Origin: Macrostomum lignano
Taxonomy: Eukaryota
DNA: 31,273 bases
Reading direction: 5' to 3'
Assembly: GCA_002269645.1 (NCBI GenBank)
Contig: NIVC01004923.1
Coordinates: 1 to 31,273 of the forward strand
This document shows, piece after piece, positions 1 to 11,934 of the stretch. Below the pieces are notes generated by a model that did no database searches, was not told where the DNA came from, and was given only the letters and a program-made list of their open reading frames with translations. Each line of letters starts with the position of its first letter. The stretch's first letter is position 1. Both the position numbers and the translations under genes were made by a program.

Positions 1-78
1 AGCTGAATTCTGGGCTGCAACCGCCCTAACTTCGGTTTCTTTATCGCCAGCCAAAATCAATTATTGGTTTATTTTATA

Positions 79-91
79 TGGCGCCCGAACA
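79..91 (+). promoter_or_regulatory. Candidate LTR-retrotransposon primer-binding site (tRNA-Lys type)
   Basis: TGGCGCCCGAACA matches the first 13 nt of the canonical tRNA-Lys(UUU) PBS TGGCGCCCGAACAGGGAC. It lies about 590 bp upstream of the gag remnant. The preceding bases are TA, not the usual LTR-terminal CA. Confidence 0.4.
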
Positions 92-670
92 AAAAGTACA
101 ACAAACAAGTTAAAACTATTGCGGCCTACAGAAGCTCAAGTTAGTGCAACTGCACTGAATCTCTAGCGCAGCGATATTTCACCAACTGTTGCGTTCTGCA
201 TGGGGCTACTATGTTGGCTATCGGCGAAGCGCAGTCGTCGGAGTAAGCAGCAGCTCGCGGCCTCCGGATCGCTGCAGCGGTGGTCCCGTCAACGGTATTC
301 CAGTCCCAATTGGGTTCCACGAGCAACCTTCAGCTAGGCTCTCTTTGATCGATGTCGAACATTCGACCGTCCTTGCGTTGATGAGTATCGTAACTGTTTC
401 TCCTTTTTAAATTACGTCGTTTTGCGCATCTCGTTAACATTATTGACAGTTACACGTATAGTTAATAGCTGATCGTTAAATTCTTCAAATACTGGAATTT
501 AGAGTTTCTGTTACCAAATTTACTTGTATTTTTTTGCTTCTTGCATTCGCTTGTCTTCGTGTTCACTCGTAGTGTTATCCTGCAGTCTGCTTCTTTTTTG
601 GGCTGGCCGTCTTCAAGTTCTCAGTGTCGGGAGTTCTTGGCTTTAGCAGCATCTCCCAATTCAAGTCGTC

Positions 671-1707
671 ATGGTTCTCAGTGAAGACGAGCTATCTTCA
701 GCAGTCAGAAGGCGTGCAGGTATCTGCGCGGCGATCACGAAGGCTGTTGGAAAGGCTGACCATCTTCTCTCCGTGGATATTGGTCGAGCTGCAAATCGTG
801 CGGATGCGGAGGCAATTGGGCAGATTCTGAAGTCGAAATTGACGGCAGTGAAAGCATTGATGAAGCCATAGAGGATGGCAGATCAAGCTTCCCAAGAGGC
901 AAATTCCGACATTCACGGGGGAGATTTCGGCGTGGCAGTCATTTTGGGATCAGTTCGACTCTTCCATACATCGCAACTCTAGCCTGTCAGATATAGACAA
1001 GTTCAACTACTATCTCGTCAGCTCTCTGTCCGACTCCGTCAAGGCAAGCATTCGAGGCCTGTCAGTCACGGCGGCCAATTACTCAATAGCCTTAGATATT
1101 TTGCGAGAGCGCTACGGAAAGAAAGAAATCATAGTCAAGGACTTAATGCACAAGATATCTGAACTTCGTCTCCAGGACTCGTCTCTAAAGTGTCTTCAGC
1201 AGTTTCACGACGACATTACTGCCAGCATGCGCAGCCTGGAGACTCAGGGTGTTGCCACGGAATCGTATCAGTGTCTGCTGGTGCCAAGTCTATTGAACAG
1301 GTGCCCTGTTACATTTCGACTCGACATGATTCGGTCAGCTCAGCTTCAGGGAAAGACTATTGACACGCTTGACAGCTTTCTGTGTTTTTTGAAGAATGAA
1401 ATTTCTGTGCGAGAGTCCGCTGGATCGCAGCTCAGCCACAAGTCAACTTCACAAGTATCTCATTCAGATTCAAAGCAAGCTTCAAACGCATCAATGTCAA
1501 TGGCATCAACACTGGTACGAGTAGCAGTGCAACCGAAAGCAACAGACGCTACGAACAAAATTTTTTGCACCTATTGCAAAGCATCGCATTATTCGGAAAA
1601 TTCGGAAGTTTCCGACCGTTGAAAGGCGTAGACAATTTCTAGCGAAAGAGAAGCGGTGCTTCAAGTGCCTGCGGCCTGGTCACATGGTTCAACAGTGTCG
1701 CGATCAG
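671..1707 (+). mobile_element. Degenerate BEL/Pao LTR-retrotransposon gag (DUF1759 + CCHC zinc knuckles), frameshifted and 3'-truncated
   Basis: The frame of ORF 1101 extends back to about 882 and reads IKLPKRQIPTFTGEISAWQSFWDQFDSSIHRNSSLSDIDKFNYYL...NYSIALDILRERYG, a classic DUF1759 pattern. It is followed by FCTYCKASHYSEN, a frameshift near 1600, then RKFPTVERRRQFLAKEKRCFKCLRPGHMVQQC (CX2CX4HX4C). Another frameshift near 865 joins it to ORF 671. No pol follows. Confidence 0.9.
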
Positions 1708-2051
1708 TCGTTGATTCCTTTAGAGGTTCAATCCTAAGACCGTTATTTTTTTGTCCTTTCCCACGACTTCCGAATTCGTTTGCTAACTTTTTTGACAGCC
1801 CCTCACCAAAATTTGTAATGGGAAAAGGTTTGTTTTTCTGTTTTGAGATAATTCTTTTTGTGGTGGACGATGTTACGCGTCATTATTCGTCATTTTTCCA
1901 TTCGTCATTTTGCCAAAATCAATTATCGGTTTATTTTATACCCCTTTATTCGTAATTCCTTAAATCATCTTTTTGGCCTTTAATTTTCTACGCAGCCATG
2001 TTCCAATAATTGGACTCGTGCCCCACCCCATCCTACCCCAACTCTGATTAG

Positions 2052-2471
2052 GTAACGGTGGACGGCAGCACTTTCAAGGCCCGCTTCAAGTTCAACGCCG
2101 GCCCGTTGGCTGCCAGTTTCGGCGCAGATTCCGAAATTGGCGCCGGCTGTTGCGCCGGCTGCGTCGCGTTGCCGCCCGCTAAAATTTATGTCACTTGCGA
2201 GAGAGTCTGTCTGCGACTGTGCCTGGAGGGCGACTTTGCCGAGAAGCGAGTGGCTCTGGTTGCAGCCGAATCGGGGCTGGTGAGCCACCCGGTTCTCGGC
2301 AAGCCGCAGATTCAATGCGAGAACGGGGCCAGTGGAGCCAAGAAACTCTCTCGTCTGGCTAAGCGGCTGGCTACTGAAGAGCGCCAGCGCCTAATCGACC
2401 TGTTCGAGGGTCAGCTGATCGAGATGGCCAAGGCTTTCGTTGAGGATCCGAAAGCTTTGGCTTCGTTGTGA
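2052..2471 (+). CDS. Terminal coding exon of an unknown protein (possible TULIP/BPI/Der p 7-like fold); upstream exons not in window
   Basis: Acceptor tctgattAG|GTAACG at 2051/2052. GC-rich open frame [14 protein letters not shown]...EDPKALASL* of 139 aa, with beta-strand-like segments followed by a long amphipathic C-terminal helix. The family call is inference only. Confidence 0.65.
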   Translation, partial: VTVDGSTFKARFKFNAGPLAASFGADSEIGAGCCAGCVALPPAKIYVTCERVCLRLCLEGDFAEKRVALVAAESGLVSHPVLGKPQIQCENGASGAKKLSRLAKRLATEERQRLIDLFEGQLIEMAKAFVEDPKALASL

Positions 2472-2576
2472 GCCTGAATGAGAGTTTAATTGCGCATGAG
2501 ACTTTACTGAGGACTTCACGGACTTTATCGTGGACTTTTCTAAGACCAGGCAAGGGAGGGTGACTTTATGCTGAGG

Positions 2577-2625
2577 GACAGACAGACAGACAGACAGACG
2601 GACAGACAGACAGACGGACAGACAG

Positions 2626-2668
<43 letters not shown>

Positions 2669-2675
2669 GCCAGCC

Positions 2676-2772
<97 letters not shown>

Positions 2773-2864
2773 CTAAGACAGACAGACAGACACTAAGACA
2801 GACAGACAGACAGACAGACACTAAGACAGACAGACAGACACTAAGACAGACAGACAGACAGACA
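2577..2864 (+). repeat. (GACA)n microsatellite with CTAA-interrupted ~20-bp higher-order units at the 3' end
   Basis: Direct reading; GACG, GCCA and ACTAA interruptions are visible. Confidence 0.98.
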
Positions 2865-4315
2865 TGCTGTTTTGATACTAGCGTAGTTTTGAACTTGGCA
2901 TCTTGTCAGTGTGCATGCATTGCGTGCATTGCCTATCTGTAAAACTGCTAATTGATATTAAAAGTTTCGCTTTAATTGCTTTCTATGTCTAAATTAACAT
3001 GTGTTTGCTATGATAGGCATGTTAATTAATTATTGAACCCGATATTTATTATTCTTATTAGATTTTATTGCAATTTAGATGCTTATACTACTACTCTTCA
3101 TTAGTAACTATTCAGCATCCATCAATATTGTATTAAGCCGTTTCTGCTTAAATAATCATTGTGTACATTTTTCTTTCAAATATAAATATAAACGCACTCG
3201 CATATATTATCAGCAGAACATATCGTCTCTGAGCAGCAACCAGGATTAAACAATTTTTTCTAAACGCACCGCAATGTAACAGAAATGATCAATCTTAATG
3301 CCTGAGCTTGACTGCGAATTCCGCATCCTAAATCTTCACTTTGAAGCGCTACAATCATTCAATTTTCGTTTAGTTCAGTCTAAAGCCCCTGGTGCTAAAG
3401 CCGCTGGTGGTTGGCGCCTCTAAAAAAGCCCCTGAAAGGAAATGGTGGAATTGCTGCACCCTGGTGATGCGCCCTTAGTTGCAGTGCATCACCAAACCAA
3501 AGCAGACAACCAAATTTGTCAGCAAAAAACTCAAATTCAGTTCTGCTGTCAGGCACTCATATTTGTCTCTAGCTTTCCGCTATCATATTTCTGCTTCTAG
3601 GTAGGCTGCAAAAGTACGAACTTCTTTGTGCAAAACTGGATTGACAAGTTGCAGTTTACATTAATGCTACATGTTGCATACGTTTGTACACAAAAGTACT
3701 ACATGTATGTGTGTACATTCAAATGGGCACATGTCTCTCTGCCAGCAAACTTCGTGGTGAAAAGATAGACGACTATAGACACTGGAATAAAAATGTAACA
3801 TTTCTATCATTATAGTGACAAAAGTACAGGTGGACTGTTAAGTACGCGTGTGTCTGACTATTGTTTAAAAAAGCTACGAATTAAAATGCATTATATAGCC
3901 CAGCACAGATGTCATTATTCCACACCTTTTTCACGGTAATGCACAGATACAAGAAAGGTAAACAGACATAAAGGTGGGGAAAGCAGTCATGCCATGAAAT
4001 GCGTAGATGAGGAGCAATTGTGGGATCCTATATACTAAAAATAATGGCTAAAATTGCTATTGCTTCTGAGTAAAAGTATATGAGTATGTATACAACGGTT
4101 TAGTCAGATGCTGCTAATTGTCAATGATAATTGCCGAAAAACGTACCATCATGTACCTGCCTACGAGTGTATGTTGACTCATTAGCATGGTAGATTCACA
4201 GGCTAATACCTGAGAATTAGCATGTGCAAATGGAATCGATCTACGTAGAATAAAATATAAAATTTTGAGACATCATCTGATTTGCCTAAGCTGCTATCGC
4301 ATAAATGCACACCTC

Positions 4316-4735
4316 CCAGACCCCGACCGGATAAGCATACATAAGCGAGTTTGCACTTTGCTTTTCGGTTCGGTTCATTTTACGGTGTCCTTCGAAAAGC
4401 CTGTAGCAAACCCCGGTGTTACACTTTAGACTATCCGGGGTTTTTTTGTCTGGCCCGGATATCCGAACGCACTTACGATATCCGCCCGGATACTGCCAAG
4501 CAAAAAACCTGCTTTGTTTTCTCCTTCCCGGATATCTTGAGCTGCTTTGCATTGTCCGAGCACTTTGAGATGTCTCTCCCGGACATCCTACGGCACTGAC
4601 TCTGCTATCCGGCCCGTAGATCACAAGAAGGGAAGTTGTCTTAGGACATCCGACTGTAGGTTGAAAGAGAGGGGTCTGTCTGCGGAGACAGAGGTTTGCT
4701 TTAGAACATCCGGCTACTGATATCCGGGGTTTGGA
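4316..4735. repeat. GC-enriched cluster of short CCGGA(T/C)ATCC-like motifs, probable DNA-transposon subterminal remnant
   Basis: About 10 copies of (c)ccgga(t/c)atcc / tatccgg variants, roughly at 4328, 4434, 4454, 4476, 4527, 4578, 4605, 4643, 4704 and 4719. The ends are loosely inverted (ccagaccccg / cggggtttgg). No TSD found. Confidence 0.4.
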
Positions 4736-5789
4736 ATAGCAAAATTTCGAAATCAATTTTCACAAAGTAGAAAAAATTTGCTACTTTTTCAATTGGCAAA
4801 CATCTGCGTCATGCTTCTTTAACCGAGTGTATTTTCAATCACTATTTCGCATATCCCACTCCAAAAAGAAATATAAATTAAAGCTACCATTGCCAACCGA
4901 AAAACAGTTTGTTACTCCATTCACCAATCTAATTTGAAAAATCAAAAACTGGCGATCCGCTGAATGAAGCGTGATGAGTCACAGCCTTCTTCCGATGCTT
5001 TGATTGGGATGCCTTCCGTTTTCACATTTTGAGAAACCAGCCAGCTGATAAGTACGAGCTATTTTTGCCGAGACATTTGATGATTTGGTAGACCCGCGAA
5101 CTCCACCTCTTCTGCAGATTCGCATCTCTCTCTTTTGTACTGGAATGTTCCGGCAGCTTAACCTGCTCGTCGCTAAAAACAGAAAAACACTTGATTTAGC
5201 GTTACTTTAGCCACCGAATGAATTTTTTTTCCAAAACGTAGGACGTGGACAAGAAGTATATTCCAACTATCTGAAAGAATAGGTGTATTATAATTTGCGC
5301 AACAATTATAATACACCTAATTACTTTGAGGGTTATTAGCTCGTACACTGATATTCATGACATGTACGCTTGTACGGTACTTTTAACAACAGTCTATTAT
5401 CGATTTATTTTTAGACTGCATCTCATCTGCCCCTCCAAGCAGCTTAATGATGTCCTTCTGCCCCACACATTCACATGCGCCTTATCTTGTAAATAATTTG
5501 ACTAACTTGCCACCCAATCTTTACTCACCCGGACAATTTAAGACCCAGGATATTTCAAAGCCCGATTTTGTTGTGCCTTGGATTATCCAGGGTAGGTTAT
5601 CGCAAAGCGACAATAATTTTGCTTTGCAATGTCCCCCGGACAAATTAAGACCCCGGTGAACAGAAAGCCTAACACCGGACGAACTGAATCGTAAAATAAA
5701 CGTTTAAACAACTGCCATCACATTATCGGGACAATTTTGGGCGATCACACTAAGAATAGGCTGCGTAATGACGCATAGTGGCTTCGTAC

Positions 5790-6251
5790 ACTCCCCCGCC
5801 CGGGCTGTCAGCCCGGCTGCCGGCTATCAGGGGGACATCAGGACGGCAACCATGGTCCTCTCGAGTCATGGCTGTTTTGACATGCATCGCAAACTCCAGG
5901 GAAAGATCCGCAGTAAGGAATGCCCATTCTGCCTCTCCAGTGTGGAGTATGCGGAGCACTTCATCTGTGAATTCCCGTCTTTACTCAGGACAGGCTCACC
6001 TACCTCGGCCCAAACACGGACCTCTAAATTTTTCATTTAGAGAATCTCTGCCAGCTCGTCCGCTACCTAAGGGCTACCGGGTGAGCGACCATCCACCTCC
6101 TGGACTCTCCGGGAGACACCGGAACCACCGGATCTCCTTGCGCGACACCGCAGCACCAGCTACCCGTGGTCGCTAGGGGTTAACGGAATAGGCGTCAACG
6201 CCTCCGATGTATCCGGGTGCCCAGATGCCCCTGCAGCTGAGTCAAGTCAAG
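5790..6251 (+). mobile_element. 5'-truncated non-LTR retrotransposon (I/R1/Nimb-like) ORF2 C-terminus + 3' UTR
   Basis: DIRTATMVLSSHGCFDMHRKLQGKIRSKECPFCLSSVEYAEHFICEFP is the LTGHG...C-x2-C...H-x3-C motif at the end of LINE ORF2. After a frameshift it reads [30 protein letters not shown] (stop about 6083). A GC-rich UTR ends in short AGTCAAGTCAAG repeats. Confidence 0.8.
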
Positions 6252-7417
6252 GCTTGGCACATTATATAGCCTTCGAAAGACACTGACCAGCCAAATCAGT
6301 GATGACAATCTGTTTCGCATGCTTTCAGAAAATATGCACCGACAGCAAATTGGGGGGGGGGGGTTTGGACAGCCGACCCGCAGCCAGCGATGAGGCAGGA
6401 GGTCATGCCCATTCCGCTGACCCCTGAGAACACAGACGCATAAAGATGCGCACGCCCTCACAGGAATGTACAGCGGGCCCTGATTTTCTCATCGTCAGTC
6501 AGTGTACACCTTTCTGCGTGAATCGCACGATTGTCATGAACGATTCCGAAATTAATGTGGCCGAGTGGGGAATTAAACCTGGGACTTTCGATCAACAGTT
6601 GGACGTGGGGAATGGAACCTGAGGAATTTGGCGTATGAGTGGGTGAGTTACCACTTAACACTCCCAGACTTATTCCATTACCGTAAATCAAAAACTGGTG
6701 ATGCCCTGTTTCAGGACACTCACTTCTCAAAGCTTAAGCACACTCGTAAGATTTTCAGTGTAGAGACTTTTTGACAAATTTTGGACTTTCAGTCAAGTTT
6801 TTCAGCCTCTGCAACGAGTGCTCGCCGGGTACTGTTAAAACAAGTTATCGCATAACATTATGCCAAACCAGTAGTTTTTTTAGCAAGGAACAGAAGTTAG
6901 CCAGCTTGAGTTTAAGCTACAAGAGTTAGAAGCCTAAAGCCCAGCAAGCCTTGTAATCATGACTGTACTTTAATACAAGTTACCATGGCGAGATTTAAAA
7001 AAATTATTGGCTGTTAGGGTTAGTGACAGCTGCGACACGCATAGGAAGATGAGGCCAATCAGCGATCGAAACGGGGCTGTGGAATCTGCTTTCAGTTAGG
7101 TATCACAAGGCCCCAAAACTGGCTTCTGTGCTTCAGTAGACCGGATCTGTCGAATTCCCTTATTCAGCATGCCAACCAGGCATGAATATACTAAAAGCTA
7201 GAGCACAAAACTAAAAAACAAGGCAATTAATTCTATTGTCACACCTCCTAGTCCTAGGCAGTACGAGCGATAGATACTTCATACATCCGGAAATTGGGAA
7301 GACCCGAGAAAGACTCTCAGTGAAGTACGATTGATCTTCAAGTTCAGTTCGTGCCAAAATCAAACGCTCTCTTATCAAACTATACCAGCAAAATAATCTG
7401 CACTTTTCTGGCGAGCC

Positions 7418-7838
7418 ATGACTGTCAATCAGAGCAAGAACAGTTTCCTGGTCCTGTCAATCTTGCTTCTGATGTCATCTGTCAATGCAAGAATCGCCAG
7501 CTTAGCCTATCTTGGCTGCTATTTTGACAGCTCAGCGAGTCGCGATCTCAACTCCCTGGTTGGCATCAGCCAACTTGGAATTTTCAAAGTGCAGTCTAGC
7601 TATGGATACGCCGTGCCAGGCAGCTCGGGAATGACAATCGAGCTGTGCAGCAGAATCTGCTCGCTGGGCGGATTCCCGTACTGCGGACTACAGAGTGGCG
7701 TTGGCTGCTACTGCGGCACCAGCTACGGACGCCATGGCACCGCGTCTGAGTGCAAAAGCAAATGCTCCGGAAACTCGTCTCAAATATGTGGCGGTTTCAG
7801 CAAAAACTCTGTGTACTCACTGACTTATGCTCGTACAG
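7418..7838 (+). CDS. Secreted WSC + PAN/apple domain protein, exon 1 (signal peptide + WSC domain)
   Basis: Hydrophobic signal FLVLSILLLMSSVNA. WSC motifs YLGCYFD, MTIELCSRIC, YCGLQSGVGCYCG and CKSKCSGNSSQICGG. Donor ACAG|GTAATT at 7838/7839 (phase 1). Confidence 0.93.
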
Positions 7839-7918
7839 GTAATTATAAATACGTTCGCCTAAATATCCAAAGAAACAGCTACAATTTCGTCTCATTATTT
7901 ATTTCGTTCACTTCTCAG

Positions 7919-8160
7919 GCCTCTGCCACCGATTCCGTGAGTCGCCGAGACAGTTCCTGCAGACGACATCGAGCTACTCAAATCCGACTTACTGGACCGC
8001 CAGTGCCGGAGACGAACTGAACTGCGCACTTAAATGCAACTCCAGCTGCCAGGCCTTCATCTATACACAGCAACAGAGCCTGTGCCACCTGTTCAGCTTT
8101 GCTGCCGTGCCAATGGCGATCACAAATTCTATTTTTGGACCGTTTTACCTCCGTCTTTAA
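7919..8160 (+). CDS. Secreted WSC + PAN/apple domain protein, exon 2 (PAN/apple-like domain)
   Basis: An 80-nt intron ends cttctcAG at 7918. The spliced frame reads GLCHRFRESPRQFLQTTSSYSNPTYWTASAGDELNCALKCNSSCQAFIYTQQQSLCHLFSFAAVPMAITNSIFGPFYLRL*, with the C-x3-C-x3-C..F.Y..C.L apple pattern. Total CDS is 663 nt, 220 aa. Confidence 0.88.
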
Positions 8161-11100
8161 TGAGGAGAACATACGGGAATTAAATAGCTGGTCCACTGGC
8201 GACTTGAAATGCATCCACTACAGGTGGTTTTGAAGGATACGGATGTGATTAGAAAGAAATTACAGCTGACCATGTGGCTCCTTTAATTAGAATGAACAAG
8301 TGCGGAATTTAAATTCCAGTGGCAATGCTAAATGTACTTTACCGAGCTACATCTGTCTGCCTGAAGGTCAAATACATCTGCAGGATTTTTTCGCTTAATT
8401 TTAGCGGCAAGCAAATTATAAAAAAGCATATGGAATTTTGAGTTTAAGCTGAGACTCTGCTGAACAAAAAAAAACAAAAAAATTCTGAGCAGTCTTGAAT
8501 AACAAAGAGCACAAGCAGTCTTTTAGAAGCTGGGAGTTCAAATTCATGTATTTGTAGCTTACACAGAAAAATATATAGCCCAATATTTCTGAGGTATAGA
8601 AGACTCTGCGCAACCAAGCTTCACGAGCCTAAAATATCTTATCCATCTATCTATCCACATCCATACTCATTCATCCATAGGCCTTTCTATCTCCTGTATA
8701 AGAACCATCAACTGTTTTATAAATGAGGCAGTTGGTTTACATGATTCCTTTTTTGAACAAAAGAGCATGACTCTAGCAGGCAAAAAGCTTGCATATCCAT
8801 TTCTATCAGAGAAGACAGGATTGAAAAATCTGCTTTGATAAAGCCTATATCAAATAGGCTCCTTTTTTCTACATCCTAGCAATATCTATTTACAGTATAG
8901 CTAATGCACACGAAATAAAATCTGCTTTTACACCTGCATGTTAAACCTGGATATAAAATCTCCGCCGCTAATCTCAGCTCATGTACTTCCAATAGCATTT
9001 CTTGCTTTGCTGTGAGGCAATTTCAAAACGCTTTTTAGAGTAATTAGAGGCAGGGGCTGTGTGCACCCTTCCTCAGTTCCTCAGCCTGAACAGTGCCTAT
9101 TAGCATACAAATGGGAGACAGTTGAAAAATTGAAGAAAGAAATCCACTTTCGTGAACTCTAACTTAACGCAACGCAGTTAGGTTAGCCAAGGTTACTTGG
9201 TTAGTTAACCTAACGCAGGTCCGTGTCTATTGTCCAGTGATCTAGTCTTAACATTACCTTAACAAAAGCTTCAATAGCTTCAATAGTAGGTAGAATGCTA
9301 GTAGTAGTCATCTTTAGTTAGGTTATTAGTAGCAGATGTTAATACGAATAGTCGTCCATCCCTGAGCGATAATGCAACACAGAACTCATTTTGCTCAAAT
9401 GAACAAGGCTAGGCCATTTTGGTATTCTTGGAGAATATAGCCATCTTAAATTCTCCGAGTTGCCTTAAATAAGCACCGGTATTTCCCTCGAGACCTATTA
9501 GTCTATTTTTAGACTTCTCCAGACTAATTTGGGACTGCTCCGAGTCTGAGATTTCTATCATCCTATTTTTTGCGCTCCTGACCTTTGACATGCCTAGTGG
9601 TCTAGCGCGGCGCTCTGGTGTGCCAGCGGCACAGGCTCGATTTCAAGTGCATTTATTTTGGGGCTATAAATTGGAATCTTAGCTGAGGTGCAATTGTACG
9701 TGCAATTAACGCCCTTGAGGGCCAACCCCCACGGCACAGTGAAGTGTACATGCCTAACGATAAATAAAGTTAGGGCCGCTGTACACTACTGTGTGTGTGC
9801 GCCAGTGCGTATGATTGCGTACGTACAGTATCCGCGCGCTTGTGTGCCTGTTCAGGGGGGTCGGCGGAATGGGCAGTAATGCCTCTCGCCGGTTGTGTGA
9901 CAATGTCACTTAAAGTGCGCCAGAGTGCACACAATCCTTGCCTGTAGTCTAAAAAAGATGCCTATGATAACATGATGGATGGATTTTTAGCTGATCTATT
10001 GTACTTCTACTAGTGGTTCACTACTACTTGTGAGTAGGATTATAAAAGCATTTGTACACTTTTTGTCGCATATTCGGTCTCCACACATCCTCTTTACTCA
10101 ATTGAGGCTGGTGGAATATTCTACAGTGCTACTAAACAAAAATTATAGTAAACAAATCGAAAGACTGAACAACTCGTACATGTAAAAGCGAATATCAACA
10201 TTATTATGATATTAATTATTCCAGAACAAAAATACTATAGTTCAATTTATTTATATCATAGTTGCGCAGCAGCGAATAAGCAGACGACACAACTACATGC
10301 CAGCTTTATCACAAAGCGAGGGTATATAATAACATTACTATTAATAATATTGATGATAATAATACTGAATGAGTTCATCAAAACCGCGTGCTCTGTGCGA
10401 ATATATAAAAAGCACAAAAGGAAGCAACAGTCACTCACGAATGGCAGACACGATGCCCCAGCAAATGGCGAAAATTTTGATACTACTAATAAGTTCTCAA
10501 CTATATCAGTAGTATATATATAAAATCGACAAGAGTATTTTTATTTGTAAAATGATGAATTTTGTCAGAAAATTCAAGATAAATGAGCAATAACACACTA
10601 CTTACTCAATTTCAGTATTTAAATCCGAATTTAACAATATAAAATAAAAATACTTACTACTGACAGTCACCGATGGTACAGAAAAAGAAATCAGCGCAAT
10701 AAATTTATATTAACAAAAGTAAACACAAGTGCGCAGCAGCAAGCGTTTGACTAGAAGAAGATAGAGATGCGGACATGCTCAACTACAATATGAACTCATA
10801 ATAAAACAAATCAGTGAACTTAGTAAGCAGGCAAATGAAAAGTAAGCAAACAGTGAACAGGTAATGCCTAAAGTTATTAATAAAGATAATTTTGATCGGA
10901 AAGACAAAAATAAGCGACATGACAATCAAGGAAGTTTAATGGAGATTAGATTTAAATCCGGGTCTGAATTCTATGAAAGCTCAGCGACTTGCATAGCTAT
11001 ATTATGGAAGCGACAATACTCAATATTGTTGGTAAAAAGTAACTAACGATATAGCATTGCTTCACTGAAACCTTCAATAGGTCTTTGTTTAAAGCGAAGT

Positions 11101-11934
11101 AAGCAACAAAGGGCAATGTATTAAGAAAAAGAAAATACGCGACAACAGGACACGCCACTAGAAATTCCACCAAGACCAAACAGATTGCAGGCAAAGTAAA
11201 TGAAGATTAGAAATCGAAATTCATTTCACACAAGGAGTCGTAATCGTATCAATTATGAGGCGCATACTAACAGTAGTTTATTAGTACATTATACATAAAT
11301 ACTTGATCTGGTCAATAAGACATATGATCCTAATTTATTGAACTAAAAACGACAGACATTAAATCTAAATTCGTTAATAAAACCAACTGACAGAGGAAAG
11401 ACAGGTTTGACGAGAAAATTTTAATCATAATTTAATATTTTTATGATTTGATAAGATTTTTAATACGAGAATATAATATAAAACGAAAAAATGATCCATA
11501 ATACACACAGTAATTGCGAATTAATAGATAGGATTAGATTAATAGCCAAAATACAAATTAGACTAGCGGTGTGTATAATAGCGCTTCATAACAGTTCGTC
11601 ATACAATTTATAGCAGTAGAGACAGACAAAAAAGGAAAACTGATTGCCAACTGATATAAAAAAAATTTTTGCATATGAGATGCTCCATGATAATCAAGTA
11701 GCAAAACTACAACTGATGTACTACTGATCATTTGTCGTGCAAGGTTTACACCACAGATACTAGAATAACTTGATATACTCTCGCAAAAAGTGCGCTTACG
11801 AGCTCGTATCCTTTTTAGTCTTCAGCCTGTTCGAGGGATGCACCCAAAACTAGTGGGATGGCGCCCCAACCCCAGACAGGCTGATAAACAGTTTGGCTTT
11901 CCTCTTGCCCGCTTGTGTCTTTGATCTCTCTCCT

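Noticed and set aside
141-410. Short ORFs upstream of gag, or a defined LTR here
   Set aside because: No recognisable motifs, and no second LTR copy in the window to define boundaries.
2540-2942. ORFs of LSVC / RQTD repeats
   Set aside because: They are translations of the (GACA)n microsatellite.
9409-9591. Minus-strand 60-aa ORF containing LIGLEG, resembling the 30-bp array translation
   Set aside because: No periodicity, splice context or domain motif; the resemblance is probably chance.
9606-9930. Possible MITE with loose inverted ends (gcgctctggtg / gcgccagagtgc)
   Set aside because: The inverted match is short and imperfect, and no TSD was found.
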